Assembly: GCA_017499595.2 (NCBI GenBank)
Contig: CM039000.1
Coordinates: 3,782,001 to 3,846,000, forward strand
DNA: 64,000 nt
Source of the DNA: Psilocybe cubensis
Taxonomy: Eukaryota
Reading direction: 5' to 3'
The notes beneath the pieces were generated by a model. That model saw only the letters and a program-made list of their open reading frames with translations. It was not told the DNA's origin and ran no database searches. A program made the position numbers and the translations under genes. Of this stretch, positions 1 through 12,656 are shown in pieces; the first letter of the stretch is position 1; each line of letters opens with the position of its first letter.

Positions 1-1207
1 TGACCGATTTTCTTTTCGGTAAGAACTGCTTGAGCCTTAGAGTATGGATACGAGCACGAAGCCCAACAACTGGTCCGCTTAGCATATTGTAATATAGGAT
101 TCGCGTAGGAGGTTGGTAGGATAGTATTTTTTTTGTCCAATCGCGAAGGCTCACAGCAAGCCTTATTGCCCGTACAAAGACAGCGCACGTTTCGCTGCCA
201 TCACCAGACTGCGAGCATTTTCGATACGCATCAGGGTTTCTAAGAAATTCTCCGTTTTCATATGTAACAGTGATCACAGATCCTGATTCGGCGAGACCCT
301 GTGGGTTTGAAGTACAGGTTGCCCAAGAAGTAGCTTTATCGTAACCAGTGACCAAACAGAGCGAGCCATTGGGGCAAATTACATGACCCCGGGTGCCATT
401 GAGGAACCTGTACCAGTCCAAAGCGTGCTTCTGAGCATAATCGCGTATTCGCGTCGTGGAAATTACATCCTCCCGATATGCACCGTTGGGCAAAACCAGA
501 ATCCCACATTCCCTACCCTTAATAATGGCATTAAGAGCACTAAAAAGAAAGATAAATTGTTAGCCTGCAAGCGGTAGAGATAGGTTGGAATGTAACCACA
601 GAGGCGACTCTTGCACACGCGTAACTTCCACTCCGGTGCTAGCAATCACGGTGCCGGGAGCGAAGTAATTTGTTTCCGTTTTAATTTCTTTAGACTGTAG
701 GGCAGGAAAGAGTGGCTCCAAGTTGGCGGGTGCGTTGAAATGCACTTCGCTACTTGGAGGGAGAAAAATATTGAAATGGTACTGGAAATCCCCTTCATCG
801 CTCAGATACCCAACGTCTCCAATCATCAACCCAGACTTGAGATGAGCACTTGGTCGGCCTGTGTCTCCGACTGGGTCCCAAATTGGAAATCCATTCCCTG
901 CCATTAAAAGCGAGCGAGCATAGGTCTCCGTTCCGCATGAGGTGAAGGCGGTTGTATGGCATCGAGCAAAGCTGGCACCCTCTAAGAATGATCGATACGG
1001 ATGCTCAACGGAGCCTGGATAACATTTAAAGAAACAACTCGAGCACACATGGAACATATTGCTCACTTCTGTCTGACAACGTAACCTCTGAAGGGGCTTC
1101 CTCTGCAGGTCCGGGTCTTTCAACTTCACCAATATTGTCCTTTTCGACCTAGTAACTTTTTTAAACTCGTCTACCAAGGTTGACCTGACGTTTACCTTCT
1201 CGGTCAT
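1..1207 (-). CDS. Type A gasdermin-like protein A1 (3' end outside window)
   Basis: Splices in frame: MTEK|VEKDNIGEVER...TLSDR|SSVEHPYRSFLEGASFARCH...WDPVGD...MIGDVG...FNIF...SPL|...ILVLPNGA...WY...CPNGSLCLVTGYDKATSWATC...CAVFVRAIRLAV..DW. Paralogy to the other A copies is clear; the fold is inferred from motifs. Confidence 0.8.
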
Positions 1208-1541
1208 CCTAAGGCACGCCGTATAAGTAGACAGACGCAGCTACAGCAGATACAAGGGATGGATAATCCTGAGGTGGCAACGATGGTTCAAATTCAACCT
1301 TCACCTGGATGTATCGAGATCGGCAATAAGTCAACAGAACCCCGACATTCTGTGTGAAGATCCAACAATTATAGCTATTTCCATATCCTACCCGCTAAAT
1401 TTACACATACACGGACAATGAATTTAATTGAGCGGAGCATAAAATTTAAAGACGGCAAATCACGGGAACTAGCAAAATCGTCGATGAGTATTTGCAAAAA
1501 AGTCGAGCTACGAGAACTAAATTAATACCACCACATCAGCA

Positions 1542-2136
1542 TAGTGTTGCCGCCAGAGTGCAGTGCAGTGACAGTGAAGCCATTTTTGGGCGACTGTGAC
1601 ACGCTTCACAGTGATCACAGTCCCTGTGAAGTGCTGTGAAGTGATTGTGACGTCATTCACTGTCTCGACCTCACAAAATGGTCGACGAAAGGTTGGCGCT
1701 TTGGAAGTCATTTTGTCTATGTGTATTTGCTCAGTCAGTGTACTAATAGTCCAATACACTTCAATGTAGCAATTTGTTTGACTTTTCGCAACAAATCCAG
1801 CGAAAACCAAGCAGAAATGTGTGTCGACGACAAGATCAAAAGAGCTGGACCACGTGCGCTGTTGAATATTTTATTGCAATCTTATCTAGATAGATAAAGG
1901 CCATGTGCAATAAATACCCTCCATATATAGTAGGTATCCCGAACATTCTCATGTATTCGACAAAAATACATGTAATACTTCCATATTTAGTCTAGATTAT
2001 CCGAAACTGCAATTTACGGCACACTTTGCAGAGTACTTCACTGCGACTTTGTTGCGCTGTGAAGTGTGTCGGAGAATGAAAAAACAGAGTGCAGTCACAG
2101 TCACTGCAGAGTGACTGCGCTCTGGCGGCAACACTA
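1542..2136. mobile_element. Non-autonomous hAT-like MITE
   Basis: TIR TAGTGTTGCCGCCAGAG at 1542 with its reverse complement ending at 2136; 8-bp TSD CATCAGCA at 1534-1541 and 2137-2144; subterminal CAGTG/CACTG repeats; no transposase ORF. Confidence 0.9.
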
Positions 2137-2157
2137 CATCAGCAGCATCCTAGAGAC

Positions 2158-2364
2158 TAGTCTCGTTCCCATCCGTTACAGGGCACGATCTCCCTCCTGC
2201 AGGAGGGCCGGGACCAATAGGCGGAGATCAAAGTCGGAGTCAAAAATTCTGCAAAATTTGATCGGGGAGGATGTGCCCTATTCGTGCAACGATTTTCGTC
2301 AGAATTTTTGGCTCCGCTTTCATTCTCCGCCGGAGCTCTCCCGAACCATCTGGAGCCGAGATTA
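2158..2364. mobile_element. Small putative MITE
   Basis: 9-bp direct repeat CCTAGAGAC at 2149-2157 and 2365-2373 flanking imperfect inverted ends TAGTCTCG.../...CGAGATTA. Confidence 0.55.
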
Positions 2365-3058
2365 CCTAGAGACACTCCCTTCTCAAACTGAAAGGCATGT
2401 CAGCGCTTTTCTGCAAGATCGTACCATTATATAAAATAAAATCATCATAGGAACATTCCATGTAACTCGGTTAGGCAGAAATTCAAGTCCGACTGTATGA
2501 ATATATTTTTACGTTGGGCCTATCGATAGGAAAACAGCTGTAACGTAAATTGATTCGAATACTATGGGCAGTTGTTCGGATTGGACACTGATTCGGATCT
2601 CGCGATCCGAGATTCTGTGTTCCGTTCCTCATGAAAATCAGTACACAGATTCTAATGTATACTCCCTGCATAATAATAATAATAATAATCACAGAAAACG
2701 AATAAGAAATGGGTAGAACGAATGAATGTCCAAACTATGTCCAAACAGACTTCCCATCACCTCCATCATTGCCATCAATCTGAGTTAACAAGCGGCATCG
2801 CATAGCAGTTGTAAGATCGACCGTCGGCACGATTCGGAGTTATAATTATTGCTGATGGACCAATGGTAAGCGACCATCAATCCGATTCCGAATGAATGTC
2901 CAATCCGAACGACTGATCACCCATAGTATTTTAGGGTCAACCCCACGCCTAACAAGCCATAAAACTGGCACGTTGAGCATCTGTAGCCGATCTCCCCCAC
3001 AATCATCATTCATCACCACATAGGTACCCAACACCCATAAATCAAGTCTCTGTTCGGC

Positions 3059-5020
3059 ATGAGCAACGGTTATAATCGCTCGCATAAACTGGATAACTTT
3101 CAGTTCACTGGTCTGGATAATGATTCAGTGTTAGAGGAAGATGAGACCGATGAAGGGCAGCCGATGAGCGCCGATGAAGGTATGCATTGAGATCCAACCT
3201 TTCGTTCTCAGCTTCATCGATATGTGTATACAACAGACACTGAGTCAACCGAGTAAGCTATTTATCTCGGTCGCTACGTCAGTTTTCAAATACCCATTTG
3301 ATGGCAAATCAGGTCTGGCGATGGAGTATCGGCAGGGGTTATATCCGAAAGCTTCAACATAACGACCACTACGACATCAACTAGGAAGTTGACCAAATCA
3401 GTTGATAACAGAGGCGAGCGTATAACCAACGTTTATGCTCCTTCTTATAATTTTCACAGTAATGCTATTGTTTTTTTCAGACCGAACATCAGCGGCTTAA
3501 TCATCAATGTTCAGGTGATTATCCTAGTTTTACATCGGGTAGGGGTTCTGCTTCATCATCTTCTCATGCACAACCGCAAGTTAGTACCAGCATTGTAATA
3601 CGTTACTTTCATATAAACTTATTACATCTCTAGTCACGCCGAGCAAAATACATCGAGCAGAACTCTTCAAATCTAATTGAATCAGGGCCCACAGCAAACT
3701 TGAATATTAACGAGACATCCCAAGCAACGGTGCTTGGGGGGTTCTACATCGAGCAGAACTCTTCAAATCTAATTGAATCAGGGCCCACAGCAAACTTGAA
3801 TATTAACGAGACATCCCAAGCGACGGTGCTTGGGGGGTTCAATGACGGTGATTTGCTATTGGTATTCACCTTCTGAATCGATATTGACCTGACACATAGA
3901 AAACCCGCCACAACCTACACGAAAATTGCATGTAAGGCTTGACCTGGTTACATGCTCGGTAGGTGTGGCGTCTGACCAATGTAATATCTATTAAGCTCTA
4001 TATAACAGGGTTTGAAGCTTCCTGACCACACTGACGAGGCCGTACGAGCATATATGACTGCGTCAATCGGAGGGACGGGGCCTAGTTCCAACCATGTGAT
4101 TCGTCTTTGGGAGCCGTTTCCTCTTGACATCGACATGGATAAGAAGCTCCAAGAAAGACACTGTTCATTAGGCGACGTAGGCATGTTCACCTCTGGAGGT
4201 GGCTTCGAAGTTATGTTCAACATATTCCTATCGCTGGAGGAGAATAATATCATGAATTATCATCCTCCTTCAACATTCAAACCCTTCCCTTTAAGGCGCC
4301 GTGTTGGTGACCGTGGGTTTAAGCTGCACGATCAAACCAAGTACGCCACTTCAAACTTTCAAGCGACATACTCCCAGGAAAAAGGATTAAAAAGGTTCGT
4401 CTTTGAATTCTTTACAACAAGAAGCCCCATTTACAAAATTTTTCAGGCCCTCAAGCTACTTTATCAACTCGACGAGCAAGCCGACGGCGCCCGGAGGTGC
4501 GATTCTTATACTACCGGATGGGTGCACAAAACATTCTCTACACAAGCATCTGGAGACCGACATCGCAAACTACATGGAAGACCACGTTGCATCGTGGTAC
4601 AAATTGGAGTTCAAGCCGTCTGATAAGTGGCGTGGTCGACCAAACGGCTCGTTGATGCTGATATTGTCATGCTTTCGGTCGCACGTGTGGGCGGGGGCTT
4701 CATTATGCCCGAAGGATTATCTGGCCGACGGTTGCAAAGCGGTGTTGAGAGACCAAGTTGAACCTGATTGGTACCTGTGGGATAAGGAAAAATCACCCAG
4801 CATCAAGACAAACAACAACTCCTACAGCGAGGTAGGGGGCGTCGTCCGTTCAGTGGCAATAGAGGTTGCCTCTATTGTTTATGGGTATGATAATAACGGT
4901 GCATTTGAAACTGGCAGCTACCAAAGCCCTTCGCGCCTTTCCTTTCGCAAAAAAATGAGTCGCTCAATCTCTTTTAAATTATCCCAACTTGGCCTTTCGA
5001 AGACTTCATCCGTTGCATGA
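3059..5020 (+). CDS. Type B gasdermin-like protein B1 with N-terminal low-complexity/amyloid-like extension
   Basis: Core ORFs 4012-4396 and 4447-5020 (LWEPF...CSLGDVG..FNIF...GGAILILPDG...WY...NGSLMLI...W...SVAIEV). Upstream small exons join in frame from ATG 3059 if the GTGATT donor near 3515 is used; the 5' exon model is less certain than the core. Confidence 0.75.
3649..3840 (+). repeat. 2 x 96-bp tandem duplication inside a B1 exon
   Basis: Copies 3649-3744 and 3745-3840 differ by one base (GCA/GCG, synonymous in the inferred frame); each encodes YIEQNSSNLIESGPTANLNINETSQATVLGGF. Confidence 0.95.
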
Positions 5021-5516
5021 TCCTAGTTTTACATTTTTTTAATGTATTATTTCTGTTAGGAAATTATAAGCGTAGTTGCATGATACAGGCCATGCAAATT
5101 TTGCTGAGTGCGAGCGGGGCTTAGTGAGTTATTCGCTTTTGGGTGGTATCCCGCCATACGGTCAAATTCCGGAGGAATCTGAATATATCCAGGATTACCT
5201 CGGAGTCGTTCATAACAGCCACAAGGAAAAATCGTAATTATCGGAGTGTGCTGCTGTCAAATACCCAGGTGCAATTGAAGAGCATTGACGACCCTTCTAT
5301 TCGAATATGTAAACGTGTATCAGATGCACGGTGTATTCTTGGTATTTGTGGATGCTGCCCTTATTGGTTATGACCACTTTCCCCGCGCAATGCTGTAACG
5401 TTTGTATTAATTTCTATATACATTGTTTCCCAATGAACATTAAGGGAAAACTAATAAAAGCTACCATCGCGGCTAACGACCCAAATAGTATATATACTCT
5501 TATCCAGCTTGATGTA

Positions 5517-7387
5517 TCATTTCGGGGGGTAATGGTGGGCCAGGAAACATAGCGGAAATCCTACGGACAATATCCCGGCGGCGTCGTAGGTAATTATACC
5601 TTTTATGAATCCGAGACGGCAAACCAAGAATCAAATTGGACAAAGAAGATAGCTGTGGATCCTGGTTTGAATTTAAGAATGAGATAAAGTTGACGTGTTT
5701 TATGGAAGGGGTACTATAATTACCTGCACCTGAACCTGAACCTGAACCTGCTCATGTTCGATGGGTATAAGTGTGATTAATCCTAGCGCCAAAGATGAGG
5801 AAGCTGTATAGGAAGAAGTATCTTGTATCTGTTATCTCACCGTCTGCAGTATACACTTCATGCGTTTCGAGTACCTTGATCAATAGCCGCAAAGTCTGTG
5901 ACATTGGATCGTTATTAACCTGTCGAAATTACGGTGTCATCACAATGCTGAGTTACGAGTAACTAGTAAAACTTTGCAAAATGTACCTTTTCAGCAAAAG
6001 GCAGCCACATAGAATCATCCACAATCGCAACGTCAGAAATTGCAGACTGGTTAAATGAATAAATCAGGTCAGCCCTTTACATGCACACACGAAAAGTAAA
6101 AATGCACACCATACCTCTCTCAGAAGTAGACGTAAAAGCACTTCCAAAGGATGGAATATACACTTGAAAGAAAAGAAACCAAAATCCGTTAAAAGCGTTT
6201 CTCTAGAGTACGGCACGATGAACAATCTACCCATTACTTACCTCTCTACCGTTATGTACTGATCTCCACTTCGGCAACGTTCGCTTCAATTTGAATGTGT
6301 AGAATTTAGCTCTGATTCCTCCAATGGGTCCGCTAAGCATATTGTAGTACGGAATCTCGCGCGGGCGGTTGTAGCTCAGAATCCATTTCGTCCAATCACG
6401 CATGTTCCCCATCGACTATAACAGACCCCGACTCCGCCGCTTTGAGATGATCTATAGGGTTGGACGTGCAACTTGCCCAGGAAGCAGCCTTGTCGTGGCC
6501 GGTGACGACGCAGAGCGAGCCATTGGGACAGATTACCAACCCTTTTGTGCCGTTTATGAACTTGTACCACTCGAACGCGTGCTTGTGCACGTAGTCCCGA
6601 ATCCGCGTTGTACTTGAGGGAAGCAGGTCTGTGCGGGATGCGCCGTCCGGCAAGATGAGGATGCCGGATTCTCTTGCTTTAATGGTGAATTTGAGGTCTC
6701 TGGTATACGAGCAAGGTGGAATTAGTATAATATTGGTTGTGCGGAATTGTGTGGAATGTAGTAGTCACAGAGGCGATTCCTGCATATGCGTAACCTCCGC
6801 TCCTGTACTGGAGAGAACGGTACCAGGGTGAAAATAATTTGTTTGCACTTTAACTTCCTCAGGCTTCAGCGGGGGCGATAACGGTTCCAAATTTTCAGGG
6901 CAATACAATTGCAGTTCTTTATCTGGAGGCAGAAAGATATTAAAGTAACTCTCAAAATCACCGTGAACAGTAACGTGTCCCACATCTCCTATCATCACCC
7001 CGGACTTGAGATGGTGTTTAGGACGATTTGTGTCCCCAATGGGATCCCAGATTGGCGTGCCGTGTCCTGCCATTAAAAGAGAGCGCGTGTACGTCTCTGC
7101 GCCGCAAGTGGTGATCGAGGTTTGGTGACACCGCGCGAAACTGGTATCTTCTAAATAAGCACGATAGGGATGGGAGATGAAACCTAGTATACACAGCTCA
7201 GGGATACAATCCAATTGTTTTTGAAAGGATACAGATATACTTCTATCTGAAAGTGTGTCTTCTGAATCTGCCTTGTGCGCTGAATCAGAATCAGCAGCCC
7301 TGTAGGCCCTATCCTCATTTTCGACCTGTACACTAGTAGAGTCAGAGTACATTTTGGGTAACGGATATAATCTACCCTTTCTACCAT
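5517..7387 (-). pseudogene. Type A gasdermin-like gene A2, internal deletion with frameshift
   Basis: Exons traceable from MVER| to ...RRISAMFPGPPLPPK*. Compared with A1, about 35 codons (TYENGEF...CAVFVRAIRLAV) are missing near 6400-6420, the frame shifts, and a TGA occurs at 6396-6398. Confidence 0.8.
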
Positions 7388-8088
7388 GACTTTCGACCGC
7401 GTTCAGTTCAGCAAACGGCCTGGACTTGGAATGGCTTCATGAGAAAGACTTCAAGAAAATGTCAAACTATGAGTCTAGAGACGAGTTCAACATGTAAATC
7501 AACCACACTCGGCATTCTCCGCCCTGTTGGGCGCTGTCAAGACTTCAAGAACGTCAATCAATTTTTTTTTTGACAATGCAAAATTAAACTTCATCGAGAC
7601 GTTGATCACACACCCCAGACCTAGAATCGCCATTAACAACAACATGACGCGCAACCAAGTAAAACAACTTCAAAAAAGAAAAGAAAAAAAAAGAGAGATA
7701 GGAAACCATTCTGACTTCGCTAACCAGAAAACTTACTAACTTGTTAACTTACTACTTACTAACTTGCTTGCTAACTAACTGACTAACGAATGTGCTAGGA
7801 CCAACCCAAAACCGTGTAGTTTGTGTTGTTTTCCTTTCGGACAGTTGCAGATTCCTGATTGGATTTCAAAGCCTGATGGCGTTGGTGTGCAAGAGGGAGG
7901 TGTGTGTGCAATGCGCATGCTCGTGTTGCGTTGTATCCTTTCAAGACGCGATATTAGGTGCGAGGTGGTCGATGCGCGCGCAGACGAAATCTTGATATCA
8001 GAGTATCGATATCGACATTGACGTCCAAAGCCCGCCGGAGGCCGGAGCAAAAGCAAGGGTGATGAGATACTATAAAAGCTAAAGGAGC

Positions 8089-8158
8089 GATAGATTGATT
8101 GATAGATAGATAGATAGATAAGACGGAGAGAGAGAGAGAGAGGGAGAGAGAGAGAGGG
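8089..8158. repeat. Compound (GATA)n/(GA)n microsatellite
   Basis: Directly visible tetranucleotide and dinucleotide runs. Confidence 0.9.
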
Positions 8159-8878
8159 ATAGGGATAGTCGATAGAGGCTGAGCATATAAATTGAATGTA
8201 AAAAAGCAAAATCAAAAAAAAAAAATGAAGAGATATTCCATAGACCAAATCTCCAAATCTTTTCTTTGACAAACCAGACGACGGAAAATCAACACAAAAA
8301 AAAAAGAGAAAAAAAGAATTGGGATATCAAAAACGAGGATATGGTGAGAGATAATAAGGAGAGTAATACAAAGATACGGGTGGGGCGTGGGGGCGCCGGT
8401 GGGGCGCGGGGGGGTGGAGTTGGCATAATAGCCAAAAGACGCCTGCAAATGCAGCACGTACACTAGTTAGTAAGTAACGGGTAACCGATAAACCGATAAA
8501 TGAAAGGATGGTGGGTAAACATATGAAAGGGGGGTAAAACGGAGTAATGGGTAAAATATACTGGGCAGTGGGCAGCGAATGAAATGGAAATGTGTTAAAC
8601 AAAGTAAAAATCCGAGCTGGAGCAGCAGCAGAACACGACTGTTGGATATAGCGGGTCGAGGCGTAGTATGATTTTTTTTTGAAAAAGTGAGATGAGATGA
8701 GTTGAAGGGAGCGTGTGTGTTATATCGTTATCCGTAGCGGTATCGGTATCGGTGTCGAAGTTGGTGTTGGTGTTGGTGTTGATGTGTATGTGTCATGAGT
8801 GCGAATAACAGGTCGAGATGCAATTCAAGCAATTTTTTCATATCCGAATGTCGATATGAACATAATCAAACCTCCCTC

Positions 8879-11800
8879 TCACTCAGCCTTCGGCAAAGGC
8901 AACGGCGGCACCCCCGAAGGCGACCCCGACGGCCCAATCGAATTCGTATCAAACCCCGCACGGAACGGCGTGAACGGCTTCATATCCAAGCTCACTCCCA
9001 TCCCATTCCCATTCCCATTCCCATTCCCGTTCCCATTCACCCCTTCCACACCCCCACCCCCACCCACACCACCACCAACCCCACTCATCCTCGCCACCCG
9101 CGCATCCTCCTCCTGCGTCTCCTTGATATAATCCGCCGGCGGGCGCGGCATCAGCGGAGGCGGCGTTTTAGGCGGTGGATGTGGATGTGGGAGACCAGTG
9201 GGCGCGCCGTTCCCATTCGCGTTCGTGTTAACAGGAGGAAGCGGTTGGGGTCTCCCTCCTCCTCCTCCTCCTCCTCCAGAGCTAGCATCCCGCGCGTCAT
9301 ATTTCGCCTTCAACAACGCCTTTTCCTCTGCAGCAGTAAGCACCTTCGCCGGCGCCGCAACAGGAGCAGGGGCAGGGGCAGGTGCCGGCGCGGGCGCGGG
9401 CGTAGTGGACGCAGCATCCCGCGCCTCATACTTCGCGCGCAACAGCGCCTTCTCCTCAGCAGCCGTGAGGACTTTCGACGGGGACGCCGCCCCCGGCGCT
9501 ACTGGCACACCCGCACCAGCACCGGCACCACCAGGCGGGACGGGAGCAGGGCGGAATCCTGACGCCGTTGCGCCTGGACTGCGCGGGAGCGGCGCGTGCG
9601 AGCCTCCGGAGGCGGGTGGAGGGGACGGCGGCGGCGCAGCTGCCCTTGCAGGCGGTTGTGGTTGCTGTTGCTGTTGTTGCTGTGCTTGAGCCCGAGCCTG
9701 AGCCTGAGCCTGAGCATACGCATTATCCCGCGCCTCAAACTTCTTCCTAAGCGCCTCCTTCTCCTCGAACGCATTCGCATACTGTCCAGGCGGCGGTCCC
9801 GCTCTCTGCTGCTGCTGTTGCACAGGCGCCGGTGCTGGCGCCGGCGGAGGCGCAGTATACGGTGCCGGCGGCGGAGGCGACGGATTCGCCATCCTCGCCG
9901 CATCCTGCGCCTCATACTGCCTCCTCAACCTCTCCTTCTCCGACAAATGCGCCATAATATTGCTCCCGCCAGCCGCAGGAGCAAACGGCGGCGGATCATC
10001 CGCGGGTGGCGCACCACCAGACGCCTGTCCCCGCGACGCAGGGAACAGAGATTCATACGCGATCGGCGCGCTATTCGCTGGAGGAGGCGGGGGTGGTGGT
10101 GGAGGGTCGTCCGACGCTGTCATCTGCATGCGCTCAACAGCCCTCTGCGCAGCGGCGTACCGCTCCTTCTCCTGCGCAGCAGTCAAATACGGCTGGGCAC
10201 CCACACTAGCGGCGGCGGCGGCCGCACGCGCGCTGGCGTAAAGCTCAGCAGCAGACTGCTTCGACCCCACTCCGCCGCTGCCCGAAGAGGATTTAGGGTC
10301 AGAGGTATTCCTCGCGTGCCCTGAACCGCCGCTGACGGCGTTAACGGGCTGCATGCCCTGGTTACGCGCAACGGCCGCCTGCGCCTCCTGGAACAGCCGT
10401 TTCTCCTCTTCAGCCGACGGCCATGCGCCCTGTTTCGCTCCTGACGAGGAGGAGGAGGACGCTGCGCCGCGCGGTAGGGAGCCAGATGCATTTGGTATCG
10501 TGATCGTGGCGGATATCGATGCTGGGGGCTGCAAACATCCCAAGAAAAAAAATGAAATAAAAAAAAAGGTTAAAAACGTGTCAGATGAATATGAAGGAGG
10601 GATGACGTACGGGTGCAGCGGCGGGACCTTGTGTATGCGCGACCTTTGCGCGCGCCTGCTCGTACAACTTCTTCTCGTCCTCCGCCGTCAGCCATTGCTG
10701 TTGCTGTTGCTGCTGCTGCCTATTCGCACCCGCACCCGCACCCGAACCCGAACCCGACCCAGACCCAGACCCCTGCGCACTACGCTGCCTCCCAATCGAA
10801 TCCTGCGGCACCTCCGCATTCTTCACCACGAACCTACTCGCGCTCGCGCTCGCAGAGGACATCGAGGGCGTCGCAACAGAAATCACCGGGCGCGCACCCG
10901 CACCCGCACTCGCACTCGCACTCGCGCTGGCGCCGAACTCGTCGACGCGGCTGTGCGCGAATGCACCGGCACTGCCGTCGGAGCTGGCGGCGGGGAGGGT
11001 GTTGTATGCTTGCAAGGAGGATGTGCGGGTGTGGGTGTACGCGCCGTCGTTGGTGCTGCGGTTGATGGGGAGGGTGGATGAGGAGGGTCCGGGGCGGATG
11101 GGGTCGATGCGCGTGATGGGCGCTGCGATGGCGGGTGGGGAGAGGGAGAGGCTGGGTGCTGGGCCGATGCGTCTAGAGGAGAAAGAAAAAGTTGGTCAGT
11201 GATGGAGGAGGAGTAGGATAGTGATGATTGTATGTACTGGATTGCTTCCTCCGACACGGATCTACAATACAGATGAGTGAGTTAGTAAATGCCAAAACAA
11301 GAAAGTAAGAAAGAGAAAGACGCACTTTTGCCAGTTGGATATCACCACAGGGAGGTCCATGACAAGATGGGTGCCGGTGCCCATCAGCGCACGCACACAC
11401 AGCGTATACGTGATATCAATATGCCTCGCAGCATTCAACGTCGTCGTCGTATGATACGGCGGGACCATCACCCTCAACTCGGACGTATGCGCCGTGCCTC
11501 CATACAGCGTCGCGCTCACCGGCACCTTCACCTCCGCGAGATTCACCTGGCGGACCTGGGGCGCGGCATTGCGCGCTTTACCCGCCGCATGCGCGCCGGC
11601 GCGGAACACGGTCGCTTCGCGCAGCGACATCTCGAAGCCGCGGAGGATGACGGTGTGCAGGCTGTCTGATTTGACGGTGGCGAGGACCACGATGGGGTCG
11701 CCTGGCCCGAAGCAGGTGCTGCGCCGCTCGACGATGAGGTTCACGCCTTCCTGTGCGAGGTGCCGTGTCTCGGGTTGTTGGTACACGGGCCATGTTGAGT

Positions 11801-12656
11801 GCAGCTCGTGCTTGTCGATGATGATCTGTGCTATGGTGGAGGAGACGACGGATTTGGCTTTCCGTAGGAATCCTCTGTGGATGGAAGAGGTGTTAATGGT
11901 GTGTGGGATGGTTGGGTAAAGACGCACTTTTTGCCTTTGGTGCATACACTTGCTACGAGCTCGTATCCAATCCCAGCTGTGCGGATCTCAGAGTTAACGA
12001 CGTACACGCATATTCAACCCACTACCACACACCTTTTCCATCGAGCGATATCGACGGCGGTATCGACTCCGGTATCCGAATCGAGAATGGGAAATCTTGC
12101 TACCAACACCCGACCAAACCGCAATCAGCACCAAAGCCAAAGCCAAAGCAAAAAGAAACACAGACGCACCGAGCGCAGCAGCCCATACTCATCCGACGTG
12201 CTCCAGAGGTTAACAGGACTAGGACCAACAAAATCGTAAAACGTATTCGCAGGACCGCCGCCCGGGAGCATCTCGACTTTGCGCAGCTCGATGCGCACCC
12301 ATTTCGCCTTGACGCCCTGCGTGGGCACGCGCACCTCGATCGCCTGCACGCACACATGAACACGGACTGCGTTAGCTTTCTGCGGTTGTGTTGGTGGTGG
12401 TTAATGGGTGGAAGCACGTACGCCTTTTACTGAGGCTTGGGGTCTGTCCTGGCCTGGTGGGATGCCGGGGTACCCTGTAGAGTGTGCGCACTCCGTCAGT
12501 TCCGGTGTTAGGATGCGGGGGCGGGGGAGTAAACGTACCAGTCACAAAGTCGACATTCGGTGGCGGCTGTAAGTTTCTAGAAAAACACACGGATAAGGCT
12601 TTCTTTTCCCAGAACCGAAGCTGAGGGTGCCAGACTCACAATTTAACCTGGGACAT
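8879..12656 (-). CDS. Arrestin-fold protein with long P/A/Q/G-rich C-terminal tail
   Basis: Exons MSQVKL|NLQPPPNVDFVTG|YPGIPP..VKG|AIEVRVP..KAKWVRIELRKVE..|QDFPFSIRIPESIPPS..|GIGYELVASV..|..IDITYTLCVRA..DLPVVISNW match an arrestin N/C beta-sandwich pattern; the tail lies in ORFs 10581-11015 and 8879-10543. Confidence 0.75.

Noticed and set aside
8795-12433. Many long plus-strand ORFs rich in Arg, Gly and Ala
   Set aside because: Antisense shadows of the GC-rich, low-complexity arrestin-like gene.
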